A stretch of DNA of 64,000 nt from Deltaproteobacteria bacterium HGW-Deltaproteobacteria-6 (GCA_002840435.1 PHAT01000005.1:484460-548459), one strand, 5' to 3'. Shown: positions 38,715 through 49,792, numbered from the stretch's first letter. Notes: a model not told the origin generated them from the sequence alone. Program-made: numbers and translations.

Positions 38715-39977
38715 ATGTTGCAAGAACTTAAACGTCTGATCGAGCAGATGGGTAAGGACAGGGGTATCGACAAGCTCATCATTACAGAAGCCCTTGAGGC
38801 CGCCATGCTGACGGCGGCGCGTAAAAAGCTGGGACAGGATGTGGATATAGAAGCCCACTACAATGACGACGCCGGAGAAATTGAAGTCTTCCAGTTTAAA
38901 ACGGTTGTTGATAAAGTGCTCGATCCCGAAACGCAAATTTCCAAAGAGGAAGCCAGAAGAACCCTCGATGAAGGCGCGGAACCGGGAGACTCTCTGGGGA
39001 TGAAAATCGAAACCAGCTCTTTTGGCCGCATTGCCGTTCAAATGGCCAAGCAAATCATTATTCAACGCGTGAAAGACGCGGAACGTGACAATATCTATGA
39101 CGAGTACAAAGACCGCAAGGGTGAATTGATCAATGGTTTCGTCCAGCGGTTTGAAGGTGGCAACATTATCGTCAATCTGGGACGGGCGGAAGGCGTCGTG
39201 CCGCCGATGGAACAGATTCACCGTGAAACCTACAAACGCGGCGAACGCATCCGGACTTATCTCTTTGAGGTGAAGAAAAATACAAAGGGTGCGCAAATTA
39301 TTTTATCGCGAACACACCCCGCGTTTCTGAAGGCCCTTTTTGAAATGGAAGTGCCGGAAATTTCCGAAGGGCTCATTGACATTGTCAGCGTAGCCCGCGA
39401 GCCGGGCAAACGCGGCAAGATTGCCGTAAAGGCCAAGGATAAGGATATTGATCCGGTGGGCGCCTGCGTCGGAATGCGTGGCACACGCGTACAAAGCGTC
39501 GTGCAGGAACTGCGCGGTGAAAAAATCGATATCATTCCCTATACGGAAGATTCGGCCAAGTTTGTGTCGAGCGCTCTGTCTCCCGCCAAAGTCAACCGGG
39601 TGTTTGTCGATGAGGAAAACCGCGCGATGACGGTGATTGTTCCCGATGATCAGCTGTCGCTGGCTATCGGGAAAAACGGTCAGAACGTCCGTCTGGCGGT
39701 CAAACTGACCGGCTGGAAAATCGATGTCAAGAGTGAAACAATGGCCGCTGAAACGGACGACGACGGCCATAAAGCGCTCACCAAAATTTCCGGCATCGGA
39801 CCGGCCATGGCGGAAAAACTCTTTGCGCAGGGCGTTAAAAGCATCGCAATGCTTGCGGCCATGGAACCGGAAGCGCTTTCCGCAATTCCCGGTGTCGGCG
39901 AAAAGACAAGCACGGAATGGATTGAAGAAGCCATCAGGCTTTTAGACGAGGAAACGAGTGATCATAAAAAAGCGTAA
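38715..39977 (+). CDS. nusA: transcription termination/antitermination factor NusA
   Basis: NusA N-terminal domain, S1, KH1/KH2 (LAIGKNGQNVRLA) and a C-terminal HhH repeat. Confidence 0.97.
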   Translation: MLQELKRLIEQMGKDRGIDKLIITEALEAAMLTAARKKLGQDVDIEAHYNDDAGEIEVFQFKTVVDKVLDPETQISKEEARRTLDEGAEPGDSLGMKIETSSFGRIAVQMAKQIIIQRVKDAERDNIYDEYKDRKGELINGFVQRFEGGNIIVNLGRAEGVVPPMEQIHRETYKRGERIRTYLFEVKKNTKGAQIILSRTHPAFLKALFEMEVPEISEGLIDIVSVAREPGKRGKIAVKAKDKDIDPVGACVGMRGTRVQSVVQELRGEKIDIIPYTEDSAKFVSSALSPAKVNRVFVDEENRAMTVIVPDDQLSLAIGKNGQNVRLAVKLTGWKIDVKSETMAAETDDDGHKALTKISGIGPAMAEKLFAQGVKSIAMLAAMEPEALSAIPGVGEKTSTEWIEEAIRLLDEETSDHKKA

Positions 39978-40020
39978 TTTTTTTCAGGGACCCAATATTT
40001 AATTTGAGGGAGTTTCGGGA

Positions 40021-42690
40021 ATGGCGAAAAAGCGAGTTCACGAGTTGGCCAAGGAACTTGGTCTGGAGAATAAGGATCTGATTGCTCATCTGGAAAGATT
40101 AGGCATCACAGTCAAATCCCATGCCAGTACTTTGGAAGATAACGAGATCGAGAGGGTCAAGGAAGACCTGCAGGCAAAGTCGCCGCGGCAAGTCGTGGAG
40201 GAACGAATTAAAACCACGGTTATCCGCCGCCGGACCGTCCGCACGCCGGTTGAAGAAGCCCCCGCCGAAGAAACGGTTGAAGAAACGAAGCCGGCGGCCG
40301 AAAAGGCTGCGCCGGACAGTGCTTCCGGCAAAGAGGCGGTCGCAGCGCCTGCAGCCCCCGAAGTTAAAAAGACTAAGGAAGAGCCGTCCCATGTGCAGCC
40401 CGCGGCCGTAGCCGGGGAAGTCAAGAAAGAGGAAACTCCCGTTAAAGAAGAAACGAAGCCTGAGCAGGCTGAAGCAGCGGTTCCGCCCGTTCATGAAGCG
40501 CCGCCCGCCGAACCGGCTGTGGAAACGAAGCCTGTACAACCGGCGCCTGTGATACTTCCCGTCAAAATCAAACAACCGCCGGTGATTCTCCCGGTAAGAC
40601 CGCCGATGATGTCCCGGCATAAAATCACGAGGCCCGAAGAAAAAAAGGAAATTCCGGCCAAAGCTCCCATTCCGAAGCCGGGGGAAAGAATCGTTCCACC
40701 GCCGCCGGAGAAAATCATCAAACGGGAATTTGAAAAGCCCAAGAAGAAAGGCAAGGGGCCGGTTGAGGTTTTTATTGAAGAGGAAAAAGAAGTTCCGCGC
40801 CGCAAGGTCTTGGAAAAGAAGATTGAAAAGAAGTTAAAAAAAGTTGATGAAGACCGGGAAGTTATTTTCGGCAAATGGCGCGAAGAGAAAAAGTCTGCTC
40901 CCGTCAAAATGAAGAAAACCGAAATTACGGTGCCCAAAGCCATCAAACGGCGCATTCGGGTGGGTGAAACCATTACCACCGGTGAACTGGCCAAAAGAAT
41001 GGGGGTCAAGGTCGGAGAGGTCATCAACAAACTGATGGGAATGGGCGTCATGGCCACCATCAACCAGTCCATCGATTTTGATATCATCACCCTGGTTGCT
41101 TCTGAATTCAGCTTTCAGGTGGAAAAAGCGGAAGTGGAATTTGAAGACACGATGCTGAAACCTGAAGTCGCCTCGGAAAATCTCCAGCCGCGGGCTCCGA
41201 TCGTCACGATTATGGGGCATGTTGATCACGGCAAAACGTCGCTTCTCGATGCCATCCGGCAGACCAATGTCATTGACGGGGAGGCGGGCGGTATCACGCA
41301 GGCTATTGGCGCGTATCACGTGCATATCAACGGCCGCGACATCGTTTTTCTGGATACGCCCGGCCATGAAGCTTTTACCGCCATGCGCGCACGCGGCGCC
41401 CAGGTCACGGACATCGTGGTTCTGGTGGTGGCGGCGGACGACGGCGTCATGGATCAAACCATTGAGGCCATCAACCACTCCAGGGTGGCCGGTGTGCCGA
41501 TCATTGTGGCCATCAATAAAATTGACAAGCCGGGCGCCGATCCCGAAAAAATCAAACAGGCACTCACCGAGCACGGGCTTTTGTCCGAGCAGTGGGGCGG
41601 CGACACGATTTTTTGCGAAGTATCCGCCAAGAAGAAAACCGGCATTGAAGAACTGCTGGAAATGATTCTTCTGCAGGCGGATGTGCTGGAACTCAAGGCC
41701 GATCCCGATTTGTCCGCGCGCGGTATTATCATCGAAGCGAAACTGGACCGTGGACGCGGGCCGGTGGCGACCGTCCTGATTCAGCAGGGGACCCTGCGGG
41801 AAGGGGATGCTTTTGTTTCCAAAACCGAATTCGGCCGTGTCCGGGCGATGAACAATGATCAGGGCCGCCGCGTCAAGGAGGCCGGACCTGCCATGCCGGT
41901 GGAAGTCATCGGATTTTCCAGCGTTCCCCAGACGGGGGCGGAATTTGTCTGTGTGGAGGATGAAAAGAAAGCGCGCAATATCGCCGAATACTGGATCAGG
42001 AAAGCCAGAGAAAAAGAGCTTTCCGCTTCCTCCAAAATTACACTGGAGCAATTGTACCAGAAGATCAAAGAGGGCGTGAAGGATTTGAACGTCATTATCA
42101 AAGCCGACGTGCAGGGGTCCATCGAAGCGCTTTCCGACGCGCTCCATAAGCTTTCCACTGAAGATGTTCAGATGAAAGTGATTCACAGCTCGACGGGAGC
42201 CATCAGCGAAACGGATGTCATGCTGGCTTCCGCATCCAACGCGATCATTATCGGATTTAACGTCAGACCGGATGCCCGGGTGAGTGAACTGGCTTCGCAG
42301 GAAGGCGTGGAAATCAAGCTCTACGATATCATTTACAATGTCATTGCCGATGTGCGTGCCGCCATGGAAGGCCTCCTCGAACCGGAATACAAAGAGGTGG
42401 TGCAGGGACGTGCCGAAGTCCGTGAGCTTTTCAAGGTGCCTAAAGTCGGCATTATTGCCGGTTGTCATGTGATCGACGGCAAAATCACGCGTTCAGCCGG
42501 TGTTAAACTGGTGCGCGACAGCGTGGTCGTATTCGACGGCAAAATCCTTTCGCTGAGACGCTTTAAAGACGACGCCAAGGAAGTGTTGACCGGTTTCGAC
42601 TGCGGCATCGGCATCGAAGGCTATAACGATATTCGGGTAGGAGACGTCATCGAGGCGTATATCATCGAGACGCTGGAAAGAAAATTATAG
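40021..42690 (+). CDS. infB: translation initiation factor IF-2
   Basis: 889 aa. N-terminal low-complexity P/A/E/K region. GTPase motifs [14 protein letters not shown] and NKID. Confidence 0.97.
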   Translation: MAKKRVHELAKELGLENKDLIAHLERLGITVKSHASTLEDNEIERVKEDLQAKSPRQVVEERIKTTVIRRRTVRTPVEEAPAEETVEETKPAAEKAAPDSASGKEAVAAPAAPEVKKTKEEPSHVQPAAVAGEVKKEETPVKEETKPEQAEAAVPPVHEAPPAEPAVETKPVQPAPVILPVKIKQPPVILPVRPPMMSRHKITRPEEKKEIPAKAPIPKPGERIVPPPPEKIIKREFEKPKKKGKGPVEVFIEEEKEVPRRKVLEKKIEKKLKKVDEDREVIFGKWREEKKSAPVKMKKTEITVPKAIKRRIRVGETITTGELAKRMGVKVGEVINKLMGMGVMATINQSIDFDIITLVASEFSFQVEKAEVEFEDTMLKPEVASENLQPRAPIVTIMGHVDHGKTSLLDAIRQTNVIDGEAGGITQAIGAYHVHINGRDIVFLDTPGHEAFTAMRARGAQVTDIVVLVVAADDGVMDQTIEAINHSRVAGVPIIVAINKIDKPGADPEKIKQALTEHGLLSEQWGGDTIFCEVSAKKKTGIEELLEMILLQADVLELKADPDLSARGIIIEAKLDRGRGPVATVLIQQGTLREGDAFVSKTEFGRVRAMNNDQGRRVKEAGPAMPVEVIGFSSVPQTGAEFVCVEDEKKARNIAEYWIRKAREKELSASSKITLEQLYQKIKEGVKDLNVIIKADVQGSIEALSDALHKLSTEDVQMKVIHSSTGAISETDVMLASASNAIIIGFNVRPDARVSELASQEGVEIKLYDIIYNVIADVRAAMEGLLEPEYKEVVQGRAEVRELFKVPKVGIIAGCHVIDGKITRSAGVKLVRDSVVVFDGKILSLRRFKDDAKEVLTGFDCGIGIEGYNDIRVGDVIEAYIIETLERKL

Positions 42691-42712
42691 CAGTTGGCTT
42701 GAGCAATGCTTT

Positions 42713-43048
42713 ATGGTTATCGGCTACGGAATAATTCAATTACGGATTCCGGAATCCGGCTCTTTGAAGGAAAAAAGAAGCGTTTTGAATAAAATCATAA
42801 AACGCGTGCAAAATGAGTTTAACATTTCCATCGCCCAGGTGGGCGATCTGGATCATCATCAGTTCGCCGAAATCGGATTTGCGATGACCGGTAATGAGTC
42901 GCGCTACATCAACGGCAAAGCCGATCATCTGCTTCGGTTTATTGGTGATTTAGAAGTGGCGGAAGTGCTGAACTCGAAAATGGAAATTATGGTGGTTTCG
43001 GATTTTCTGGAAGCGACCGATTGGGAAGCAGGCAAGTACGATGAGTAG
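42713..43048 (+). CDS. DUF503 (YlxP-like) protein
   Basis: L.IP.S.SLKEKR…FN.S…D pattern. Conserved position between infB and rbfA. Confidence 0.8.
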   Translation: MVIGYGIIQLRIPESGSLKEKRSVLNKIIKRVQNEFNISIAQVGDLDHHQFAEIGFAMTGNESRYINGKADHLLRFIGDLEVAEVLNSKMEIMVVSDFLEATDWEAGKYDE

Positions 43049-43403
43049 TTTTAAAAGAGCGGACAGAGTAGGCGAGTTGATTATGGCGGAAATGGCCGAT
43101 ATTCTGCTCAAAGTTGTGAAAGATCCCCGTCTGCACGCGGTGACGATTACGGCAGTCAAAATGACGGATGATTTGCGTAACGCCAGAATTTATTTTGTTG
43201 AGATGGGCAAAGATGAATGCAGCAAAGATGTTATGGCGGGCCTCAGCAAAGCCAAGGGATTTGTAAGGCGGGAACTGGGCCATCGTCTGCAGCTTCGCTT
43301 GGTACCGGATATTGTTTTTGTGCATGACAAGTCTTTCGGCTACGGCAACCGTATTGAAAAACTGCTGGCCGGAATCGCCAAACAGGATGAAGATAATGGT
43401 TAA
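43041..43403 (+). CDS. rbfA: ribosome-binding factor A
   Basis: KRADRVGELI…DPRL…VTIT.V..T.DL..A.IY pattern. 8-nt overlap with the upstream gene. Confidence 0.9.
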   Translation: MSSFKRADRVGELIMAEMADILLKVVKDPRLHAVTITAVKMTDDLRNARIYFVEMGKDECSKDVMAGLSKAKGFVRRELGHRLQLRLVPDIVFVHDKSFGYGNRIEKLLAGIAKQDEDNG

Positions 43404-44346
43404 AGAAATACTGGCGGCGATTTCGCAAGGGAAGAAATTTTTGATCACAGCGCATGTTCGGCTGGATGGAGACGCGTTGGGTTCTGAACTGGCGCTGTAT
43501 TTGATGTTAAAGGATTTAGGCAAGGAGGCGGTGATTTACAATCAGGATCCCACGCCTGAGCACTACCGGTTTTTGCCCGCAGCTGAGGATATTGTTCACG
43601 ACCTTGCGCATCTGGAAAGATACGATGTCGCTTTTATTCTGGATTGTTCCGAACTTGACCGTGTGGGCAAAATTGCCGAAAAAGTGGCCACGATTAAGAC
43701 GTTGATTAATATTGATCACCATGTATCCAATGGCGGGTTTTGCAAATTGAGATTGCTGGATCCCAAGGCCAGCTCTACCGGCGAACTTCTCTATCGTTTG
43801 ATGCGCAGGATGCACGTGAAGATGACAAAAGACATCTGTACGAATCTGTACGCGGCTATTTTGACGGATACGGGCGGTTTCCGCTATTCCAGCACGCATC
43901 AGGAAACGCTCAGGGCGGCAGGCGATCTGGTGGAAGGCGGTGCGGAACCCCAGTGGATTTCCGAAAATATTTATGAAAATGATCCGCCGGCCAAGATTCA
44001 GCTATTGTCCAGGGTTCTGGAAACGTTGACTCTGGATATGGAAAACAGAACGGCGTCGCTAACGGTCATGTGGAAGCACCTGCAGGACACCGGCGCCACG
44101 ATGGAACAGACCGACGGGTTTGTGGATATTCCCCGGACCGTCAGAGGGATTGACATTGCGATGCTCTATACGCAAATGGGAGAAAAACAGTTTAAGCTGA
44201 GCCTGCGTTCCAAAGGCAAGGTCAATGTGGAGAAAATAGCCCGGAAATTCGGCGGCGGCGGTCATGTCAACGCGGCGGCTTGCCGGATCGACGGCGATAT
44301 CGAGGCCATTAAGTTGCGGGTGCAAGAAGCGGTCAAAGAGTTGTAG
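43396..44346 (+). CDS. nrnA: DHH/DHHA1 phosphoesterase (NrnA-type oligoribonuclease/pAp phosphatase)
   Basis: H..LDGDALGS, NIDHH and GGGGH motifs. The ATG at 43396 overlaps the rbfA stop; the ORF opens at 43312. Confidence 0.8.
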   Translation: MVKEILAAISQGKKFLITAHVRLDGDALGSELALYLMLKDLGKEAVIYNQDPTPEHYRFLPAAEDIVHDLAHLERYDVAFILDCSELDRVGKIAEKVATIKTLINIDHHVSNGGFCKLRLLDPKASSTGELLYRLMRRMHVKMTKDICTNLYAAILTDTGGFRYSSTHQETLRAAGDLVEGGAEPQWISENIYENDPPAKIQLLSRVLETLTLDMENRTASLTVMWKHLQDTGATMEQTDGFVDIPRTVRGIDIAMLYTQMGEKQFKLSLRSKGKVNVEKIARKFGGGGHVNAAACRIDGDIEAIKLRVQEAVKEL

Positions 44347-44351
44347 GGCTT

Positions 44352-45290
44352 ATGGACGGTATCGTGGTGATTGACAAACCGGCAGGCGTAACTTCCCATG
44401 ATGTCGTGAGTGAAGTCAAAAAGATCCTGGGCGCTAAGAAAGCAGGTCATACCGGGACGCTGGATCCGCTGGCGACCGGTGTTTTGCCGGTTTGCCTCAA
44501 TGAGGCGACAAAACTGGCGCCGTTTTTATCGGCCCAGAACAAAACATATCTGGCGACCATGCTGCTGGGAGTTCAGACGGACACGCAGGATACGGAAGGG
44601 AAGATCACTGAAAAATCGGACCGCATTGTTTCCGAAACAGAGATTCGAAATGTGCTCGGGCAATTGGTAGGCAGAATAAAACAGGTTCCACCGGCTTTTT
44701 CGGCCTTGAAACATAAGGGCAAGCCCTTGTACAAATATGCGAGAGCCGGAGAATTTCCGGAAATAGCGGCGCGGGAAGTGGAAATATTCAGTTTAAATAT
44801 AAGAAATATTTCCTTTCCTTATGTAACGTTTGACATTGCCTGTTCCAAGGGCACGTATATCCGGACCATCTGCTCCGACGCCGGTCAAGCGTTAGGCTGC
44901 GGGGCATGTTTATCCGGTTTGCGCAGGCTCCGGAGCGGTTTTTTTACCGAAGATATGGCGATGGCTCTGGGAAATGCCGCGGCCGGGGAGAAAAAGAAGG
45001 AACTCTTGTCCGGGATGTTGTCGATGGCTCAGTCTTTGCCGGTATTTGCCGCTATTGAAATCAGTGAATCGCTGGCCGGCAAACTGCGGGCTGGATTTCA
45101 ACCGGATGCGGAGATGATGCGGCAAAATGTTCTTCCTTTTCTTGCGGCGGGAGATATGATAAAGTTTATTGCTCCCGGTGGTTATTTGGTGGCGGTAGCG
45201 GAAATGCAGATACCGGCAAGTGAAATGGCCAATCAGGATGGAAGAACTCAGGTGGCCAGGATACACAGGATTTTTAACAGTACAAATTAA
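44352..45290 (+). CDS. truB: tRNA pseudouridine(55) synthase TruB
   Basis: DKP.G.TSHDVV…GHTGTLDPLATGVLP motif. Confidence 0.93.
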   Translation: MDGIVVIDKPAGVTSHDVVSEVKKILGAKKAGHTGTLDPLATGVLPVCLNEATKLAPFLSAQNKTYLATMLLGVQTDTQDTEGKITEKSDRIVSETEIRNVLGQLVGRIKQVPPAFSALKHKGKPLYKYARAGEFPEIAAREVEIFSLNIRNISFPYVTFDIACSKGTYIRTICSDAGQALGCGACLSGLRRLRSGFFTEDMAMALGNAAAGEKKKELLSGMLSMAQSLPVFAAIEISESLAGKLRAGFQPDAEMMRQNVLPFLAAGDMIKFIAPGGYLVAVAEMQIPASEMANQDGRTQVARIHRIFNSTN

Positions 45291-45338
45291 CGAACAACTG
45301 AAATAAACAAGGAATTAATTTAGAGGGAGGAAAGCAGC

Positions 45339-45605
45339 GTGTTAACTTTGGAAAAGAGAAAAGCATTAATCGAGGACTACCGGCTTCACGAGAAAGATAC
45401 CGGTTCGCCGGAAGTACAGATTGCTCTTTTGAGCGCCAGGATTGAATATCTGACCGAGCATTTTAAGGCGCACCAGAAAGATCATCACTCACGGCGGGGT
45501 CTGCTGAAGCTCGTCGGCCAGAGAAGAAGATTGCTCAATTACATCAAAACAGATGATGTGGAGCGTTACAGAAACATAATCAAACGTCTGGGTCTCAGAA
45601 AATAA
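45339..45605 (+). CDS. rpsO: 30S ribosomal protein S15
   Basis: 88 aa. [12 protein letters not shown]…[16 protein letters not shown] start with a GGGAGG RBS. Confidence 0.97.
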   Translation: MLTLEKRKALIEDYRLHEKDTGSPEVQIALLSARIEYLTEHFKAHQKDHHSRRGLLKLVGQRRRLLNYIKTDDVERYRNIIKRLGLRK

Positions 45606-45613
45606 CAAGAGCC

Positions 45614-45701
45614 ATTCAAGGGCGGAAGGCAAAAGGATAACCGATTGGACAAGTATTCGTAAATACCTGCGTCAATCGGCTTTTGCGTTTCGCCCTTGAA
45701 T
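45614..45701 (+). promoter_or_regulatory. long imperfect stem-loop in the rpsO-pnp intergenic leader (candidate RNase III / PNPase autoregulation hairpin and rpsO terminator)
   Basis: ATTCAAGGGCG…GCAAAAG…CCGATTG pairs with CAATCGG CTTTTGC …CGCCCTTGAAT. Confidence 0.6.
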
Positions 45702-45743
45702 TTCCTGTTCCAGGCATCAACCTAAGAAGGTGGAGGAAAATCA

Positions 45744-47864
45744 ATGAGTAATGTATTTAGTACGGATTTTGCGGGGCGTAATTTTTCAATTAAGGCTAAT
45801 TACGTAGCCGCGCAGGCGGACGGTTCGGCGCTGGTTTATTACGGCGATACCGTCGTGCTGGTGACGGCGGTCTCTTTAAAGAGCGTCAGGGAAGGCGTGG
45901 ATTTTCTGCCGCTGACAGTGGACTATCAGGAAAAGACCTTTGCGGCCGGTAAAATTCCCGGCGGTTTTTTCAAAAGAGAGGGGCGGAACAATGAACGGGA
46001 AGTTCTAACGTCGCGGATCATTGATCGTGCGATTCGCCCCCTGTTTCCCAAAGGATATTATTCGGAAACGCAAATCGTGGCCACGGTGCTGTCCGTGGAT
46101 AAGGAAAACGACTCCGATGTCGCGGCGATGATCGGCGCGTCGGCCGCCCTGGAGATGTCCGATGCCCCGTTTAAGGGACCGATTGCCGGTGTGCGTGTCG
46201 GGCGGATCAATGGTGAATTTGCTGCCAATGCTTCGGCGGAAAAAATGAAGGAAAGCGAAATGAACCTTTTCCTGGTGGGACGTAAAGTCACGCCGGGGCG
46301 TGCAGGCCGTCCCTATGACGTCGAACTGGTGATGATGGAAGGCGAAGCCAACGAGGTTGCGGAAGACATTATTATCGATGCTATTAATTTCGGATTGGAA
46401 GCCGTCCGTCCGGTTATTGATTTGCAGGACAAGATGCGTGCGGAGATTGGCAAAGCCAAGCGGCCCGTGGCAGAAGCAGCGCCGGATGAAGAACTCATCG
46501 CCCGTGTGCGTACCGAAGCTCTGCCCGGTTTAAAAGAAGGTTACAGCATACCGCGCAAGTTGGAGCGTTACAGTAAACTGGGCGATGTCCGCGAAGCGGT
46601 AATCAAAAGTATCGGCGCCGGCGACGCGGCGCTTAGTAAAAAAGTTGCGGCGATCATCGAGCATCTGGAATCCCGGATTCTTCGCGATATGATTATCCAG
46701 GAAAAGAAGAGAATCGACGGCCGGTCTTCGACCGATATCCGCCCGATCAACTCGGAAGTCGGCATATTGCCCCGCACCCATGGGTCGGCTTTGTTTACCC
46801 GCGGTGAAACACAGGCGCTGGCCGTGCTTACCCTGGGCACCTCCGCTGATGAGCAGCGGATGGACTATATTGCCGGCGAAGAACGGAGATCGTTCCTGCT
46901 GCACTATAATTTCCCGCCCTTCAGTGTCGGTGAGGCCAAGTCGTTGCGCAGTCCCGGCAGAAGAGAAATCGGCCATGGCGCGCTGGCGCGTAAAGCACTG
47001 GTTCCCGTCCTCCCTTCTCCCGAGACCTTTCCCTATACCATCCGGATTGTTTCGGAAATTATGGCGTCCAACGGTTCGTCGTCCATGGCTTCGGTCTGCG
47101 GCGGTATTCTGTCTTTAATGGACGGCGGCGTGCCGGTGAAGGACATTGTCGCGGGCATTGCCATGGGGCTGCTCAAAGAAGGCGACGAGGTTGTCATTTT
47201 ATCGGATATTCTCGGCGATGAAGACCATGCGGGCGATATGGATTTCAAAGTCTGCGGCACCGAAAAAGGCGTTACCGCCATGCAGATGGATATTAAGATC
47301 GACGGCCTGACGGAAGATATTCTGCGCAAGGCATTGGCGCAGGCCCGCGAAGGCCGCATCCACATCATCGGTAAAATCCGCGAGACCATGACTGCGCCAC
47401 GATCAGATATTTCTCTCTATGCGCCGCGGATTACCACTGTTAAGGTTAAGGAAGATCAGGTGCGCACAGTGATCGGTTCCGGCGGTAAGAACATCCGTCA
47501 GATTATCAGTGAAACCGGTGTGACCATTGATGTGGAAGATGACGGCACCGTAACCATTGCTTCCGCCGACGCCGAAGCGGCGGCCCGGGCCGTGGCGATG
47601 GTGAAGTGGCTGACCGAAGAAGCGGAAGTCGGGAAGATTTACCGCGGTACCGTAAAGAAAATTGTTGATTTTGGCGCGTTTGTCGAAATTCTGCCCGGGA
47701 CGGAAGGGCTGTTGCATATCTCGCAAATTGCCAAGGAAAGAATCGCCAAAGTGACGGATGTATTGCAGGAAGGCGATGAGGTCATGGTCAAGGTGCTGGA
47801 AGTCGATAAGTCGGGCAAGATTCGTCTCAGTCGTAAAGAGGCGCTGGACGCTGAAATAAAGTAG
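45744..47864 (+). CDS. pnp: polyribonucleotide nucleotidyltransferase (PNPase)
   Basis: 706 aa with two RNase PH domains, KH and S1 (GKIYRGTVKKIVDFGAFVEI). Confidence 0.97.
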   Translation: MSNVFSTDFAGRNFSIKANYVAAQADGSALVYYGDTVVLVTAVSLKSVREGVDFLPLTVDYQEKTFAAGKIPGGFFKREGRNNEREVLTSRIIDRAIRPLFPKGYYSETQIVATVLSVDKENDSDVAAMIGASAALEMSDAPFKGPIAGVRVGRINGEFAANASAEKMKESEMNLFLVGRKVTPGRAGRPYDVELVMMEGEANEVAEDIIIDAINFGLEAVRPVIDLQDKMRAEIGKAKRPVAEAAPDEELIARVRTEALPGLKEGYSIPRKLERYSKLGDVREAVIKSIGAGDAALSKKVAAIIEHLESRILRDMIIQEKKRIDGRSSTDIRPINSEVGILPRTHGSALFTRGETQALAVLTLGTSADEQRMDYIAGEERRSFLLHYNFPPFSVGEAKSLRSPGRREIGHGALARKALVPVLPSPETFPYTIRIVSEIMASNGSSSMASVCGGILSLMDGGVPVKDIVAGIAMGLLKEGDEVVILSDILGDEDHAGDMDFKVCGTEKGVTAMQMDIKIDGLTEDILRKALAQAREGRIHIIGKIRETMTAPRSDISLYAPRITTVKVKEDQVRTVIGSGGKNIRQIISETGVTIDVEDDGTVTIASADAEAAARAVAMVKWLTEEAEVGKIYRGTVKKIVDFGAFVEILPGTEGLLHISQIAKERIAKVTDVLQEGDEVMVKVLEVDKSGKIRLSRKEALDAEIK

Positions 47865-47952
47865 TAAGAAATCATCCAATGAATCATCTCATGCTGGCAG
47901 GGGAAAATAAATTCGCCTCTGCCAGCATCATGAAATGATGCCCCTGAGTTTC

Positions 47953-48396
47953 ATGGAAAAAATACAAATTCATATTCAAAAGATCGCGGGAAGTGATGAT
48001 ATTCCTTTTCCCCGGTATATGACCGAACAGGCGGCGGGTATGGATATTTTTGCAGCTGTCTTGTCCGACGAAACAATTCAGCCGGGCGAGCGCAGAAAAA
48101 TTCCGACCGGCATCGCCATTTCCCTGCCCGAAGGATATGAGGCTCAAATTCGACCACGCAGCGGTCTGGCCGTCCATAACGGCATCACCCTTTTAAATTC
48201 ACCCGGCACCATCGATGCGGACTATCGCGGTGAGATCGCCCTGATTGTTATCAATCACGGCGAGTCGCCTTTTGTGGTGCAAAGAGGCATGCGTCTGGCG
48301 CAAATGGTGATTCAGAAAATCTGTCAGGCCCAATGGGTCGAATCAGACACGCTTGATGAAACGGTCCGGGGCGGCGGCGGTTTCGGTCATACCTGA
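47953..48396 (+). CDS. dut: dUTP diphosphatase
   Basis: AAGMD, RSGLA, GTIDADYRGE and RGGGGFGHT motifs. The ORF opens at 47935. Confidence 0.92.
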   Translation: MEKIQIHIQKIAGSDDIPFPRYMTEQAAGMDIFAAVLSDETIQPGERRKIPTGIAISLPEGYEAQIRPRSGLAVHNGITLLNSPGTIDADYRGEIALIVINHGESPFVVQRGMRLAQMVIQKICQAQWVESDTLDETVRGGGGFGHT

Positions 48397-48530
48397 AGAA
48401 GGCAGCGGGCCGAAGATTCTCTGCGGCCTGACAATGATTGCTTCTATTTTCCTTCCCGGATTTTCTTGCTTTTGCATTTGTCCTGAAACAGTGATATGTA
48501 AAAACAAATTTGCCCGGACAAAAAGAGTTC

Positions 48531-49709
48531 ATGAAAAAATTCAAAGTTAAAAAAACATTTCAGGAAATCAACGAAAAGATCAAAAAAGGGCGAGCCGTTG
48601 TCGTGACCGCTGAGGAAATGATCGATATCGTGGAGCGGCATGGTGATGTGGAAGCGGCGCGGCGGATTGATGTCGTGACGACCGGAACATTCGGCGCCAT
48701 GTGTTCTTCCGGCGCTTTTCTGAATTTCGGGCATACCTCTCCGCGTATCAGGGCCTCCAAGGTCTGGCTCAACGACGTGCCGGCCTATGGCGGTATTGCG
48801 GCCGTCGACTGCTATCTGGGTGCAACCGAAGTCGTTGAAGGCGACCCGCAAAACAGTGTGTATCCGGGTGAATTCAATTATGGCGGCGGCCATGTCATTG
48901 AAGATCTGGTATCCGGTAACGTCGTGAAACTGCGCGCCGAGGGATATGGCACCGATTGCTATCCATCGCGTAAATTTGAAAAAAATATTACCATCAGTGA
49001 TTTACGGGACGCCGTTTTATTCAATCCGCGTAATGCCTATCAGAACTATAATTGCGCCGTCAACCTGTCGGATACGACGATTTACACCTATATGGGCATG
49101 CTGCGTCCGCGCATGGCCAATGCATCCTATGCAACGTCGGGGCAACTGAGTCCGTTGCTTAATGATCCTTATTACCGTACAATCGGTATCGGGACACGAA
49201 TTTTTTTAGGCGGAGCTCAGGGGTTTGTCGTCTGGCCGGGCACACAGCATAATCCAAATGTGGCCAGAGGGCCTAATGGCGTGCCCAAGGAAGGCGCAGG
49301 CACTATCGCTGTTATTGGTAATTTGAAGGAAATGAGCCCCGAATGGCTGACCGGAGCCAGTTTTTTAGGCTATGGTATTTCGATGTTCGTCGGCATCGGT
49401 ATTCCCATTCCCATTCTGGATGAAGACATGGCGCGCTTTACCGCGGTAAAGGACGCGGATATTTACGCGCAAGTCTATGATTACAGCATGGACTATCCCA
49501 AGGGCAATCCTAAGCCTGTTTTCGAAGTCAGTTATCAGGATCTCAAGAGCGGTTCCATTATCATTGATAATAAAAAAGTTATTACTGCCCCCCTGTCCAG
49601 TTATTACAAGGCCAATCAAATAGCCAATCTTCTCAAAGAATGGATTGAAAGCGGTAAATTTTTGCTTGGCGAACCGCAGCAGAATTTACCGAGTGTAAGT
49701 CATCTATAA
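48531..49709 (+). CDS. DUF39 / COG1900 homocysteine-biosynthesis-type protein (no CBS or ferredoxin domain)
   Basis: The sequence VVTTGTFGAMCSSGAFLNFGH… and the roughly 390-aa length are typical of the DUF39 family (recognition from memory). Confidence 0.7.
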   Translation: MKKFKVKKTFQEINEKIKKGRAVVVTAEEMIDIVERHGDVEAARRIDVVTTGTFGAMCSSGAFLNFGHTSPRIRASKVWLNDVPAYGGIAAVDCYLGATEVVEGDPQNSVYPGEFNYGGGHVIEDLVSGNVVKLRAEGYGTDCYPSRKFEKNITISDLRDAVLFNPRNAYQNYNCAVNLSDTTIYTYMGMLRPRMANASYATSGQLSPLLNDPYYRTIGIGTRIFLGGAQGFVVWPGTQHNPNVARGPNGVPKEGAGTIAVIGNLKEMSPEWLTGASFLGYGISMFVGIGIPIPILDEDMARFTAVKDADIYAQVYDYSMDYPKGNPKPVFEVSYQDLKSGSIIIDNKKVITAPLSSYYKANQIANLLKEWIESGKFLLGEPQQNLPSVSHL

Positions 49710-49792
49710 GTTTCCCGATAGAGAAACATAATTCCTCAGATTTGTTCTAAATAGATAAAAACACTATATGTTGTGTTGCCAATATTTCATAA

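Noticed and set aside
40200-40700. Repetitive DNA in the 5' third of infB (repeated PVILPV and A/P/E/K-rich segments), considered as a possible repeat element.
   Set aside because: It is in frame and continuous with IF-2. The N-terminal region of IF-2 is characteristically low-complexity and variable, so this is not an independent element.
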